Assembly (NCBI GenBank): GCA_038064915.1
Contig: JBBTSB010000009.1
Span: forward strand, 20,773-84,772
Reading direction: 5' to 3'
Origin: Patescibacteria group bacterium
Lineage (GTDB): Bacteria > Patescibacteriota > Minisyncoccia > 2-02-FULL-40-12 > IGHO2-01-FULL-4-A
DNA: 64,000 bases
The position numbers were made by a program, and so were the translations under genes. Positions 9,884 through 17,699 of this stretch are shown here, in pieces. The notes beneath the pieces were generated by a model. It was not told the origin of the DNA and did not search any database. It saw nothing but the letters and a program-made list of their open reading frames with translations. Each line of letters opens with the position of its first letter. Position 1 is the first letter of the stretch.

Positions 9884-10806
9884 TATAGACTAATACTAGC
9901 CCAGGGAATGCTCGCAAACCAGTGGACAACAAGGAGAATCATCTTTCCCAAGGTCCACGCAAGAAATCCAACCACAGGACCAATCAGGGGAATCCAGCTT
10001 GTCATTCCTGCAGCAAACCCAAGCAACATGAGCGCAGGTATGAGTGGCAAGATAAGAATGTTAGCCGGCAAGGAAATAAGAGAAATGGTATGAAAGTAGT
10101 AGATGATGAGGGGAAGTACAAAAAGCTGTGCTGAAATCGTCACGGCAACCACCTCTGGAAACTTTGTTTGTAGTCTCGGTGCTAGCGTGAGAATGCCAAG
10201 CGTCGCAAGCACAGAAAGCTGAAATCCAATATCAAATCGCAAGATTAAAGGATCAAACCCCACCATGATCGCCGCGGCAATCACGAGTGCATGCATGGGA
10301 GTTGGCACACGTCCCATATGCTGTGCAAAAAGGGCAAATAGTCCCATAATGGCCGCCCGGATGACCGATGCCTGAAGCCCGGTAAGAATCGTAAACACAA
10401 GGAGAATTCCAAGCACCGCCCAAAAAGCTCGACGCCGAGATATAAGTGATGCAAGCATATTCATCAATATCACTGAAATGATACTGATGTTGTAGCCGGA
10501 AATCGCCATGATATGGGAAAGTCCGGTACGTCGAAAATCCTCCACGATGTCTTTTGGGAGCTGGGACCGAGCACCCACCAAAACACCCCCGATCAAGGCA
10601 CTTACCGGCTGGGGAACGGTGCGATTCACCGAAACCAAAAACCAATCACGCACGGCGTAGACAGAACGATACCGCTGTTCACGAACAACGCGGGCTTCGT
10701 CTCGATGCTGGATAAACTCCTCACGCGTTGCATGCCGCGTAAACAATGCAACACCCACCAAGAACGTCAGAGCACACCAAAAGAGAATACGAGAAGGGTG
10801 TGTCAA
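9883..10806 (-). CDS. comEC: ComEC/Rec2 competence (transmembrane channel) domain protein
   Basis: Polytopic membrane protein with the GLSHIMAISGYNISII motif typical of the ComEC competence domain. Confidence 0.75.
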   Translation of the reverse strand: MTHPSRILFWCALTFLVGVALFTRHATREEFIQHRDEARVVREQRYRSVYAVRDWFLVSVNRTVPQPVSALIGGVLVGARSQLPKDIVEDFRRTGLSHIMAISGYNISIISVILMNMLASLISRRRAFWAVLGILLVFTILTGLQASVIRAAIMGLFALFAQHMGRVPTPMHALVIAAAIMVGFDPLILRFDIGFQLSVLATLGILTLAPRLQTKFPEVVAVTISAQLFVLPLIIYYFHTISLISLPANILILPLIPALMLLGFAAGMTSWIPLIGPVVGFLAWTLGKMILLVVHWFASIPWASISL

Positions 10807-11396
10807 CTCAAAAACCCAAGTTCGCGTAAAACTTTTTCAAAAGCATGGATCGCCGCAAACGCTTGATCATGTTTCAACTGATAGTTTGTCTCATGCACTA
10901 GAAGATTCCGAAGTTTGTGCGCATCCCACAAATCCTGAATGCTCGTCAGTTCTTGAGGCTTGATGAGCATAAGCCGCTCCCCCATTGTCTCTCCTACAAA
11001 CCCCCGAGCTTTGAGAGCTTCATCAACAAACTTGTCAGCTTCGATGACCGAAAGTTTCCACTCCGCCTCACGCGGTGAGTTTACGTATTGCTGAATGTGT
11101 TCCCACGCTTTTGCCCACGCATCGGAACGCTCTCCCTCTCCAGCGGCATGCTCGGGAGCTTCGGTATGGTGTTCACCACCATGTTCCCCACCGGCCGCGG
11201 CATGCGCATGTTCATGGAGCATGTGTTTGCGGTGATCCCGCATGATGAAGTGTGCCTTTAAATACGCAAAGACAGCAACAAACAAAAAGATAAACGTGAG
11301 AATGAGAAAAATAATCTTCACGTTCTGTTGCCAGCCGAGGTAGTTGACTCCCCTGAAAAAATCGATGATGTTAGCGGGTAGATTGCTCATACGCAA
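10803..11396 (-). CDS. Hypothetical membrane-anchored protein with a His-rich segment and a C-terminal domain carrying an Rx4H (HEPN-like) motif
   Basis: N-terminal transmembrane segment, then HEHAHAAAGGEHGGEHHTEAPEH, then a C-terminal ...DLWDAHKLRNLLVHE. Confidence 0.45.
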   Translation of the reverse strand: MRMSNLPANIIDFFRGVNYLGWQQNVKIIFLILTFIFLFVAVFAYLKAHFIMRDHRKHMLHEHAHAAAGGEHGGEHHTEAPEHAAGEGERSDAWAKAWEHIQQYVNSPREAEWKLSVIEADKFVDEALKARGFVGETMGERLMLIKPQELTSIQDLWDAHKLRNLLVHETNYQLKHDQAFAAIHAFEKVLRELGFLS

Positions 11397-12747
11397 AAGC
11401 TGTTTGAAATATTTTTTCCTCTTGAAAACGATCGGCCATGATCTGAAGGCCTATAGGTAATTTTACTCCATCTAGCTCACCAAATCCACAGGGAACGGAA
11501 ATACCGCATAATCCTGCAAGGTTTGCTTGTACGGTATATACGTCTGCCAAATAAAATTGTAATGGATCTTTAAACTCCCCTATTTTAGGCGCCATCACGG
11601 GCGACGTAGGACCCACAATCACATCGTGGTCATGGAAAACCCGATCAAAATCTCGACAGATCAGCGTCCGCACTTGTTGCGCTTTTTTATAGTATGCATC
11701 GTAGTACCCGGCGGAAAGCGCAAAAGTGCCGATCATGATGCGACGCTGAACTTCTCTGCCAAAGCCCTGGCTACGAGATTTTTCGTAGACTTCAAGTAAG
11801 TTTCGTCCCTCTGCAGAATATCCATATCTAATCCCATCTAGCCGCGCAAGATTCGTAGAAACTTCCGAGGGCGTGATGATATAGTAGGTTGCGAGCGCAT
11901 AATCTGTCATTGGCAAACTGACTTCGCTGATCTTGGCTCCGAGTTCCTCCAATTTCTTTATGGCGTTCTTAATAAACGTTTCTACTTGCGGATCGAGACC
12001 TTCACCGAAGAATTCTTTGGGCACGGCAACACGCAAGCCTTTGATACTTTTGCCAAGGGATGCAGTATAGTCAGGGACAGGCTTGGGAGAGGTGGTGGAA
12101 TCCAAAGCATCATGACCAGAAATCATGTTCATGACTATGGCTGCATCTTCGACATTCTTGGTAACCGGCGCAACTTGGTCGAGACTGGAGGTGAGCGGAA
12201 TCAGACCATGGCGCGAGACGCGGCCGTAGCTTGGCTTTACTCCCACCGTCCCAGTCCACGAAGCCGGTAAGCGCACCGAGCCACCCGTCTCACTGCCCAG
12301 TGCAAAAAGCGCCATATCGGCGGCAACTGCGGCTACCGAACCACTGGAAGATCCACCAGCAACGCGTGTGTGATCGAGAGGATTGAGTGTGGGACCATAG
12401 GCGGAATTTTCGCCAGTCGTACCCATAGCAGAATCATCCATGTTTGTCTTTCCTAGTATGCTTGAACCTGATGCTCGAATTTTTTTCACTACCGTCGCGT
12501 CATAGCTTGCTATATAATTTTCGAGAATTTTTGAGCCGCCAGTACATTTTTCTCCTTCTACCATAATCAAATCTTTTACCGCACACGGCAATCCTCCCGG
12601 CGCATTTTCAAAAATGCTCAAATACGCATTGAATTTGGGATTAAGCTCATAGGTGCGTTTCAAAAAATACTGGGTCAATTCTTCCCCAGATACCTCTTTC
12701 CTCGAAAGTATTTCCTGTGCCTTTTTTAACGTTAAACCTTTAAACAT
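11371..12747 (-). CDS. gatA: Glutamyl-tRNA(Gln) amidotransferase subunit A
   Basis: Amidase signature GGSSSGSVAAVAADMALFALGSETGGSVRLPAS. Confidence 0.9.
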   Translation of the reverse strand: MFKGLTLKKAQEILSRKEVSGEELTQYFLKRTYELNPKFNAYLSIFENAPGGLPCAVKDLIMVEGEKCTGGSKILENYIASYDATVVKKIRASGSSILGKTNMDDSAMGTTGENSAYGPTLNPLDHTRVAGGSSSGSVAAVAADMALFALGSETGGSVRLPASWTGTVGVKPSYGRVSRHGLIPLTSSLDQVAPVTKNVEDAAIVMNMISGHDALDSTTSPKPVPDYTASLGKSIKGLRVAVPKEFFGEGLDPQVETFIKNAIKKLEELGAKISEVSLPMTDYALATYYIITPSEVSTNLARLDGIRYGYSAEGRNLLEVYEKSRSQGFGREVQRRIMIGTFALSAGYYDAYYKKAQQVRTLICRDFDRVFHDHDVIVGPTSPVMAPKIGEFKDPLQFYLADVYTVQANLAGLCGISVPCGFGELDGVKLPIGLQIMADRFQEEKIFQTAFAYEQSTR

Positions 12748-12754
12748 TTAAACC

Positions 12755-13066
12755 TTAAACTTTCTTAAATACCTCCTTTACCTTCACAAACCTTCCCTCA
12801 TGTTCCGGTGCGGCTTCGACAAGATCCATCGGATTCCCATCCCACCACGGCACGGCTTCGTCTTTCCGAAAAACATCTTCAAGTCCCGTGACCTGCGCCG
12901 TCGGCTCCACGCCTTCGGTGTTCACCTCTTTGAGTTTTTCCACGTACGTCAAAATCTGCCCAAGCTCCTTGGTCATTTTTTCTTTTTGTGCATCATCAAA
13001 CTCCAACCTCGCCAATTTGGCAATGTGTTCAACTTGTTCTTTGGTGATAGTAGACATTAAGTCCAA
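12755..13066 (-). CDS. gatC: Glutamyl-tRNA(Gln) amidotransferase subunit C
   Basis: GatC-like sequence (ITKEQVEHIAKLARLEFDDAQ); located upstream of gatA. Confidence 0.85.
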   Translation of the reverse strand: MDLMSTITKEQVEHIAKLARLEFDDAQKEKMTKELGQILTYVEKLKEVNTEGVEPTAQVTGLEDVFRKDEAVPWWDGNPMDLVEAAPEHEGRFVKVKEVFKKV

Positions 13067-13121
13067 TCTAGCACAAAAAAAGTTAGCATGCTATATTCGC
13101 AATACTCTGGGAGGTGGCGCA

Positions 13122-13301
13122 ATGGAAATTCTAAGAATCTGTCCGCTTCACAATGTGGCATTTGATAAGTTCTGTTCAAAGTGCTACCTACGGGACCCCC
13201 GCTGCCCTCAGTGCGGGAGTTCCAACTTTGGAAGTGAAGACGAGGGGCTTGTGATCAAGTGGACCTGCTACGATTGCAGGCACACCTGGACCGAGCAATA
13301 G
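13122..13301 (+). CDS. Small Cys-rich zinc-ribbon protein (59 aa), PRCP-motif family, paralog A
   Basis: RBS GGAGGTGG 5 nt before the ATG. Sequence MEILRICPLHNV...CSKC...DPRCPQCG...WTCYDCRHTW. GC-rich coding sequence. Followed by a conserved hairpin. Confidence 0.5.
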   Translation: MEILRICPLHNVAFDKFCSKCYLRDPRCPQCGSSNFGSEDEGLVIKWTCYDCRHTWTEQ

Positions 13302-13323
13302 CTCCTCCCGCCCTCGCGGACGG

Positions 13324-13376
13324 CAGCCCTCGCGCATTGCGCTTGGAGCTCGCGTCGCGGGGGCTGTTGTTTTTAT
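13324..13376 (+). terminator. Structured hairpin repeat copy 1: 11 bp stem CAGCCCTCGCG/CGCGGGGGCTG, conserved 21 nt loop, then a T-run
   Basis: About 90% identical over roughly 80 bp to 14273-14350, including the stop-codon context TAGCTCC and the loop CATTGCGCTTGGAGCTCGCGT. Confidence 0.6.
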
Positions 13377-13437
13377 TGAATGCAATTGGATTGTAACGAT
13401 CACCACACCCACCATATCCTTAGTTCTACATTCCAGA

Positions 13438-13460
13438 CCGGCCGTGTCAGAATATAGAAT
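13438..13460. repeat. Inverted repeat left arm CCGGCCGTGTCAGAATATAGAAT abutting the stop codon of the PaaX-like gene
   Basis: 21/23 match to the reverse complement of 14000-14022. Confidence 0.7.
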
Positions 13461-13999
13461 CACGAAAGTTTATATTTTTTCTCAAATTTTTTATTGAGCT
13501 CGTCTCCCAACGTAGGAACAACAATCAGATGCACAGAAGAGCGGAGCATGAGAATATCAACAAGCTCACTGATTTCTTTATCGCAAACATGAGGAGTAAT
13601 AAAGACACTCTGTTGCAATTTGGTACAATCCCACTCTTTGAGTTTATCACGAAAAAGCTTACGCGCATTCCTTCTTTTTTCAGGAATATCGAATATAACG
13701 ATACGCCATTGGTGGTCCCATCGTTTTCCCGATGGATCAAATGAAAGCTCCTGCAGTCGATAGTAATCAATGCGCGCACTTCCCTTTTTGGTTATATGGA
13801 TGCCATTTTGTTTCTGTTGTATAAATCCATCCCGCTCAAGACGCTTGAGTGCTTGATTGATTTCCCATTCCCGATAACCTGGGCTCGATCGCATCATTTT
13901 GTTGGAAAGTGAATTACGACTAAAAGAGACTTCCATGATATACATCAACTCTCCTAAAGCTAGGAAAATATTTTTCACAATATTTTGTCCTTTTCCCAT
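13460..13999 (-). CDS. PaaX-like transcriptional regulator (winged helix plus PaaX_C / Cas2-fold-like C-terminal domain)
   Basis: N-terminal wHTH-like segment (EWEINQALKRLERDGFIQQKQNGIHITKKG). C-terminal W-DHQW-RIVIFDIPEKRRNARKLFRDKL...QQSVFITP matches the PaaX_C pattern. AT-rich, unlike the flanking small genes. Confidence 0.55.
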   Translation of the reverse strand: MGKGQNIVKNIFLALGELMYIMEVSFSRNSLSNKMMRSSPGYREWEINQALKRLERDGFIQQKQNGIHITKKGSARIDYYRLQELSFDPSGKRWDHQWRIVIFDIPEKRRNARKLFRDKLKEWDCTKLQQSVFITPHVCDKEISELVDILMLRSSVHLIVVPTLGDELNKKFEKKYKLS

Positions 14000-14022
14000 A
14001 TTCTATATTCTAGCACGGCCGG
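14000..14022. repeat. Inverted repeat right arm ATTCTATATTCTAGCACGGCCGG abutting the ATG of the PaaX-like gene
   Basis: Reverse complement matches 13438-13460. Contains the -10-like TAGAAT/TATAGAAT immediately upstream of the ATG, so a leaderless transcript is possible. Confidence 0.7.
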
Positions 14023-14093
14023 TTCCAAATATATAACTACGTTTTGTTCACAATAAACTCTCTTTCTCTTAGGATTTTGGCGAGGAGGTCATC

Positions 14094-14273
14094 ATGAAAG
14101 ATGATCGAGAAACCTGGCCTCGATGTCCCTATGTGGGACTACCCGGAGGTGAGTGGTGCGACGGGCACACGTCGGATGGACTCTGCCCACCGGGATGCTC
14201 CGAGCATGTCGCCAATGTTCGGGATGAGAGGGAGAAGCGCCTCCATGAGGCTCTCACTCCGGATTTTCAGTAG
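14094..14273 (+). CDS. Small Cys-rich protein (59 aa), PRCP-motif family, paralog B
   Basis: RBS GAGGAGG 6 nt before the ATG. Sequence MKDDRETWPRCPYVGLPGGEWCDGH...GLCPPGCSEH. Hand-translated; it is below the ORF-track size cutoff. The 14101 frame in the ORF track runs through the terminator repeat and is rejected. Confidence 0.45.
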   Translation: MKDDRETWPRCPYVGLPGGEWCDGHTSDGLCPPGCSEHVANVRDEREKRLHEALTPDFQ

Positions 14274-14288
14274 CTCCCGCCCTTGCGG

Positions 14289-14347
14289 ACAGACAGCCCT
14301 CGCGCATTGCGCTTGGAGCTCGCGTCGCGAGGGCTGTCTGTTTTTAT
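14289..14347 (+). terminator. Structured hairpin repeat copy 2: 16 bp stem ACAGACAGCCCTCGCG/CGCGAGGGCTGTCTGT, same conserved loop, then TTTTTAT
   Basis: Near-identical to copy 1. Confidence 0.6.
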
Positions 14348-14364
14348 ACAACAACTCACCCTAA

Positions 14365-14416
14365 CCCTCTCTTATAGATAAGAGAGGGAATTTCTTCCCC
14401 CTTATCTATAAGGGGG
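14365..14416. repeat. Double-hairpin palindromic repeat, copy 1 (CCCTCTCTTATAGATAAGAGAGGG ... CCCCCTTATCTATAAGGGGG)
   Basis: Two perfect hairpins. Reverse complement of the copy at 57795-57852. Sits at the 3' end of ligA. Confidence 0.8.
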
Positions 14417-14427
14417 ATTCGAGGGGG

Positions 14428-16374
14428 TTACTGAACGAGTTTCAGAAATTCTCCTTCATTCAATATCTTCACCCCCAGTTTCTTTGCCTTCTCGGCTTTA
14501 CTTCCCGGTTCACTGCCGACCACCACATAGCTCGTTTCTTTGGAGACCGATGACGACGCATCGCCACCGTGGGAACGGACGAGTTCTTCTGCCGCTTCTC
14601 GACTCATGCTTTCCATCGATCCCGTAAATACAAACGTCTTGCCTTTGAGTTTATTGGACTTTTGTGTAGATTCCACCGGTAAAATCGCAATATGTTTTTT
14701 TAATTTAGTAATGAGCCTGTCGTGTGCAAACCAATCAAAAATACTTTTGGCTACGACTCCCCCAATGTCTTTAATAGCGGCGAGCTCTTCGAGCGAAGCC
14801 GACCCGAGCTTCTCGAGGGTTCCGAATTTTCGCGCGAGATCGACAGCTGTTTCTGATCCCACATGCGGAATTCCCAATCCATAAATAAAGCGATCCAGGG
14901 CTATTTTTTTGTGAGACTGAATTGAAGCAACTGCGTTTTCTGCCGATTTGTCGGCAAAGCGATCGAGGTTGAAAAAATCTTCTTTGGTGAGCGTAAACAA
15001 ATCCGCTGCGTCGCGCACGAGTCCAGCATCCATCAGCGCGTCTATGATCTTTGGCCCGATGCCGTCCATGTCAAACGCGCCTTTGGAAATAAAATGATAC
15101 ATGCCTTCACGTTTGATGGCGGGGCAATTTTTGTTGACGCATTTATACGCAACCTCCCCTTCAACACGCTTGATTGTTTCATTGCACGCAGGACACTTCC
15201 TGGGAAATTGAAAATTCTTTTCCTTGCCCGTGCGCAGTTCGGTGATGGCTTTTTTGATATCAGGAATAACATCCCCTGCACGGCCGACAACAACCGTGTC
15301 ACCGATTTTGACATCAAGACGTTTTATTTCATCTTCGTTGTGAAGCGTCGCGCGGGAAACCGTCGTGCCGCCGATTTCCACAGGCTCCAGTACTGCGACG
15401 GGGGTAAGCGTTCCCGTGCGGCCGACGCTGACAATGATGTCGTTGAGCTTGGTCGTCGCCTCTCGCGGTGAAAATTTGTACGCGATCGCGCCCCGCGGCG
15501 TCTTGCCGATGACGCCCAGCTTGCGGAACATCGCCTCATCATTGATTTGCACGACAATTCCGTCTATTTCGTAGTTCAGTGATTCGCGATGTTTCTCCCA
15601 GTAATCCCGAAATTCCTGTACTTCCTTGAGATCTTTGCAAAATTTATTGTGCGGATTTGTTTTAAAGCCCAGATCATGCAAAATCCTGTGCTCGTCTTCA
15701 TGCGTCTTTTGTCCCAGATCCGTAATGAGCGAATATGCGTATGAATCCATCTTGCGTGAAGCGGTTATTTTTGGATCAAGCTGACGAATGGAGCCAGCGG
15801 CAAGATTGCGTGGATTTGCATACCCTTCTGCTTTAAATTCTTCAAATTCTTTTTTAGTAATAAAAACTTCGCCCCTGAGCACAATCTCCTCCTCATGGTC
15901 AATGGTCAATGGTACAGCGTCAATGGTTCTGAGATTTTGAGTCACATTTTCGCCTACGGTACCATCTCCCCTTGTTGCTCCTATTTTTAATATCCCTTTT
16001 TCATAGACTAATTCAATCGCAAGACCATCCAACTTCAGCTCACAGTAGTATCCCGAATCCCCCGCCTTGGGGTCGATGCGCCTAATACGTTCAAGCCATT
16101 CGCCCAAATCGTCCTCATTAAATGCATCTAAAAGCGAGAGCATGCGAGTTGGATGCGTGAATTTTTCAAACTTATCAAGTGGGGTGCCACCCACGCGTTG
16201 CGTTGGCGAGTCAGGTGTGACAAGCTTCGGAAACTGCGTTTCCAAGTCAAAAAGCTCTTTTTTGAGGCTATCTTCAACGCTTTCTTCTACGAGTGGTTTG
16301 TCCAAAACCAGCCGGTGGTAGCGGTATTTATTGATAAGATCGCGAAGCTTTTTTATTCGTAAATTTGGATCCAT
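14428..16374 (-). CDS. ligA: NAD-dependent DNA ligase LigA
   Basis: Adenylation KxDG motif (CELKLDGLAIEL), OB fold, Zn finger, HhH and a C-terminal BRCT domain. Confidence 0.9.
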   Translation of the reverse strand: MDPNLRIKKLRDLINKYRYHRLVLDKPLVEESVEDSLKKELFDLETQFPKLVTPDSPTQRVGGTPLDKFEKFTHPTRMLSLLDAFNEDDLGEWLERIRRIDPKAGDSGYYCELKLDGLAIELVYEKGILKIGATRGDGTVGENVTQNLRTIDAVPLTIDHEEEIVLRGEVFITKKEFEEFKAEGYANPRNLAAGSIRQLDPKITASRKMDSYAYSLITDLGQKTHEDEHRILHDLGFKTNPHNKFCKDLKEVQEFRDYWEKHRESLNYEIDGIVVQINDEAMFRKLGVIGKTPRGAIAYKFSPREATTKLNDIIVSVGRTGTLTPVAVLEPVEIGGTTVSRATLHNEDEIKRLDVKIGDTVVVGRAGDVIPDIKKAITELRTGKEKNFQFPRKCPACNETIKRVEGEVAYKCVNKNCPAIKREGMYHFISKGAFDMDGIGPKIIDALMDAGLVRDAADLFTLTKEDFFNLDRFADKSAENAVASIQSHKKIALDRFIYGLGIPHVGSETAVDLARKFGTLEKLGSASLEELAAIKDIGGVVAKSIFDWFAHDRLITKLKKHIAILPVESTQKSNKLKGKTFVFTGSMESMSREAAEELVRSHGGDASSSVSKETSYVVVGSEPGSKAEKAKKLGVKILNEGEFLKLVQ

Positions 16375-16391
16375 TCGTAGATTGGGATGTT

Positions 16392-16715
16392 CTAGAATGA
16401 TATCTCAAAAGCTCGCGTTACGCCACGGTAGGTCCCCGTCGCTTTCACCGGAGAAACGGAACAATCCGTTATCGTAAACGTACTTCCGTTGGTCATCGTT
16501 GGCGATGGAACCGGTTCGATTCGGTTTGAATAGAGACACCATTCTAGGGCACTTTCTGCCGCATATGCCGCAGTTACCGAATTTTTTGCTTCCGCGGCAA
16601 TGCGAATTTTCGGAATGAAAATAGCAGACAACGACAGCGCAATGGAAAGAATAACCGCCACAAGCAGAATACTTACCACCAAAGCAAACCCGGATTGTGT
16701 GTTGGATTTAATCAT
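16392..16715 (-). CDS. Pilin-like protein (minor pilin/pseudopilin)
   Basis: N-terminal SG-FALVVSILLV hydrophobic segment resembling a class III signal, but without the conserved E at +5. Confidence 0.45.
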   Translation of the reverse strand: MIKSNTQSGFALVVSILLVAVILSIALSLSAIFIPKIRIAAEAKNSVTAAYAAESALEWCLYSNRIEPVPSPTMTNGSTFTITDCSVSPVKATGTYRGVTRAFEISF

Positions 16716-17226
16716 TGATACTGCGCGGTGAAACACTGGTTTGAATGTCGATCAGCGATTGCTGTTTTGTTTTTTTACTCCGCATACTCGCCAGCATGGT
16801 GATGCGCGTCTGCCGGCCATCACCGGGCTGTGAGCCGGAAATACAAAAGTTCAGTTTCGTAAATGCAACGGTGCTGGAAGTGATCGCCACGCCATTGCGG
16901 TGAATATCGGTACCCGACAACGTGTACGTAATGGCGCCCAGATCCGGATGGAGAACTGAAAGGGATAACTCCGGCAAGTTCGTGCAATCGGAGTCTGAGA
17001 CGGAAGGACTAACTTGCGAAACACGAAGTTCTTTAATCATCGTTTCAAGAACGAATGCCGCATTCTCTTCCGTTTGTTGAAGATTAAAAGCGCGTCGTTG
17101 CAGATCCAAACCGTAGACAAAGGCAGAGCCCACAATGATCATGATCAAGCCAAAAAGAGACATGGCCACGAGAAGTTCCACTAGGGTAAAACCCTTAGTA
17201 CCAGTTGTAGAGATGTTCTTCTGCAT
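16708..17226 (-). CDS. Prepilin-type N-terminal cleavage/methylation domain protein (minor pilin)
   Basis: KGFTLVELLVAMSLFG. Confidence 0.65.
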   Translation of the reverse strand: MQKNISTTGTKGFTLVELLVAMSLFGLIMIIVGSAFVYGLDLQRRAFNLQQTEENAAFVLETMIKELRVSQVSPSVSDSDCTNLPELSLSVLHPDLGAITYTLSGTDIHRNGVAITSSTVAFTKLNFCISGSQPGDGRQTRITMLASMRSKKTKQQSLIDIQTSVSPRSIND

Positions 17227-17698
17227 TGACTTGTTTTGTACCGGTCCTTTCTCTCCAGGATACTTGTACCATTACCACGATTTCTGCCGTCGGACTGGCG
17301 CCAACTTTTCGAATGTTGACCGATCTGCTAAACACCGTCCCTACACCGGCGCTATCGTGGCTGTACAGTTGCTGGCTATCATGAAACAGCTTTGGATCGC
17401 ACGAACCTGCTAGTTCAGTTGAATTCCACTGCACGCAGTACGTTCCATCCGGTACAGGACCTCCCGCATTGCCAAAAGATCCAAATTCATTGCCTGCAAA
17501 CCAATCCGTATCACGCAAGTTTCGAACCAACTCCATTCCTTCCTGGGTCAGACTACTGGCAATAAAGCTATTTTTGATGAAATTTGCGTTGCTTGTGTTG
17601 AATGAAATCAGAGCAAAAGCTCCGGCAAGTGCCACGCTCAATACAAAAAGAGCGACGAGTGTTTCTATCAAGGTAAATCCTGATGTTCGCTGATGCAT
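17195..17698 (-). CDS. Prepilin-type N-terminal cleavage/methylation domain protein (minor pilin)
   Basis: SGFTLIETLVALFVLS. Start placed at the internal Met. Confidence 0.6.
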   Translation of the reverse strand: MHQRTSGFTLIETLVALFVLSVALAGAFALISFNTSNANFIKNSFIASSLTQEGMELVRNLRDTDWFAGNEFGSFGNAGGPVPDGTYCVQWNSTELAGSCDPKLFHDSQQLYSHDSAGVGTVFSRSVNIRKVGASPTAEIVVMVQVSWRERTGTKQVNAEEHLYNWY

Positions 17699-17699
17699 G

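Noticed and set aside
13460-13999. Genuine Cas2 / CRISPR locus
   Set aside because: No repeat-spacer array and no cas1 or other cas genes are present in the window. The N-terminal wHTH plus W-DG-W pattern fits PaaX-like regulators better.
14101-14364. 87-aa ORF-track ORF overlapping small ORF B
   Set aside because: It runs through the conserved terminator repeat and lacks an RBS. The alternative frame starting at 14094 has a strong SD, ends at the conserved TAG and gives a Cys-rich peptide paralogous to ORF A.
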